A stretch of DNA of 29,083 nucleotides from the NCBI GenBank assembly GCA_046758445.1, contig JBHIAE010000035.1:1-29083 (forward strand), read 5' to 3'. Source of the DNA: Candidatus Thorarchaeota archaeon (GTDB lineage Archaea; Asgardarchaeota; Thorarchaeia; Thorarchaeales; Thorarchaeaceae). A model generated the notes under the pieces. The model was not told where the DNA came from. It saw nothing but the letters and a program-made list of their open reading frames with translations, and did no database searches. Positions 28,201 through 29,083 of this stretch are shown here, piece after piece; the first letter of the stretch is position 1, and every line of letters starts with the position of its first letter. Position numbers and translations under genes: made by a program.

Positions 28201-28470
28201 ATCAGAAGGGAGCTTGAGCCGTCAAAGCCCACTGGCGAGAATCTCTACAAGTCATCTGCTACGACACACTCACTCCCCGGTCCCTTGAAAGATGAACTCG
28301 AACAGCTTGGGAGAAGCAAGCTCATAAGCAGGACCATCGGTGAAAGCCTGATTGGTGCTGTTACGAAACTGCGAACTGCCGAATGGAAAGACTACATGGA
28401 CACGACGGGAAACCCTGGCATCTCCGAGGAAACTGACTGGGAGATTGAGAGGTACCTGTATTTCAACTAG
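28201..28470 (+). pseudogene. glnA: C-terminal remnant of a glutamine synthetase-family protein
   Basis: IRRELEPSKPTGENLYK...LPGPLKDELEQL...IGESLI...KLRTAEWKDY...TDWEIERYL*; classic GS tail, rest of the gene absent. Confidence 0.8.
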
Positions 28471-28557
28471 CTATAAACCATCTCGCCTCTGTTAGCTCGA
28501 ATTCCAAAAGACTTGTATCGGCCTTTGCGGTGTCGGAATCTCGTAGGTGGCTGTGAG

Positions 28558-28980
28558 ATGCCAGGTTTTGAGAGTACTGACCAACTGAGAGAGGTCTTCG
28601 AAGAGTTCTGGACGCGAGCAAGACAGAACGAAGAAGTAATGGAAAAGCTGACCAAGGCGGGAGTGATTGTTCGCTTTGACATAGAAGACCCCGAGGCCCA
28701 CATTACTATCGACTTCAAGAATCCTGGACCTGATGGCAAGCTAGGACAGCTCGTCTGGGAGAGCGACATCGAGCCGGAGATTAAGGTATGGAGCAAGTCG
28801 GAAACCACTAACAAGTTCTGGCATGGGAAATTGAACACTGCTGTGGCGCTGGCAAGGGGCCAGGTCAAGATTCAGGGGCCTATCACTAAAGCCATTGGGT
28901 TAGTTTCCAAGATCAAGCCCCTCTACGCGCTCTGGCCAGACGTCCTGAAGGACAAGGGACTGGATCACATGCTACTTTGA
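28558..28980 (+). CDS. SCP2 sterol/lipid-binding domain protein
   Basis: MPGFESTDQL...NKFWHGKLNTAVALARGQVKIQGPITKAI. Confidence 0.88.
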   Translation: MPGFESTDQLREVFEEFWTRARQNEEVMEKLTKAGVIVRFDIEDPEAHITIDFKNPGPDGKLGQLVWESDIEPEIKVWSKSETTNKFWHGKLNTAVALARGQVKIQGPITKAIGLVSKIKPLYALWPDVLKDKGLDHMLL

Positions 28981-29083
28981 CCATTCTAAGAACCAAACAA
29001 TGAACAGGGAAAAGACTCCTTCCCTAGTACTTAGGTGACTCCCTTGAGAGCTGCAAATGAATCATGTGGCACGTTGGTGGATG

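Noticed and set aside
1-29083. Genome-wide TAG reassignment to pyrrolysine
   Set aside because: Many genes end in TAG at their expected C-termini (6650, 8202, 13801, 14463, 27332), and 8202 is directly followed by a terminator

Overview
A 29-kb archaeal chromosomal segment. It is most consistent with an Asgard (Thorarchaeia-like) genome, inferred from the archaeal-type NadE, TrpB2, thiolase-like/DUF35 pair, LeuRS with an archaeal C-terminal tail, a longin-like protein, and TATA/GGAGG signals. It carries housekeeping and metabolic genes: nadE, leuS, trpB2, OsmC, LLM oxidoreductase, TauE, an APH-M23-aminotransferase III fusion and SCP2. I saw no mobile element, CRISPR, rRNA or tRNA. The most interesting signals lie between the annotated ORFs: (1) a ~255-nt structured trpB2 leader with a Trp-containing uORF, downstream of TGTACA (TRP-box-like) repeats, which is a candidate archaeal attenuator; (2) a PadR/methyltransferase-fold regulator followed by two copies of a 28-bp palindromic site that bracket a structured sequence, upstream of a secreted DOMON/EB_dh-like protein; (3) a long G-U-rich stem overlapping an ATG-TGG-TGG micro-ORF; (4) gene remnants in many intergenic gaps (DUF6958-like with one in-frame TAG, MBL hydrolase tail, Fe-ADH tail, GH116 head, GlnA tail). 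All family assignments are by motif recognition only; no searches were run.
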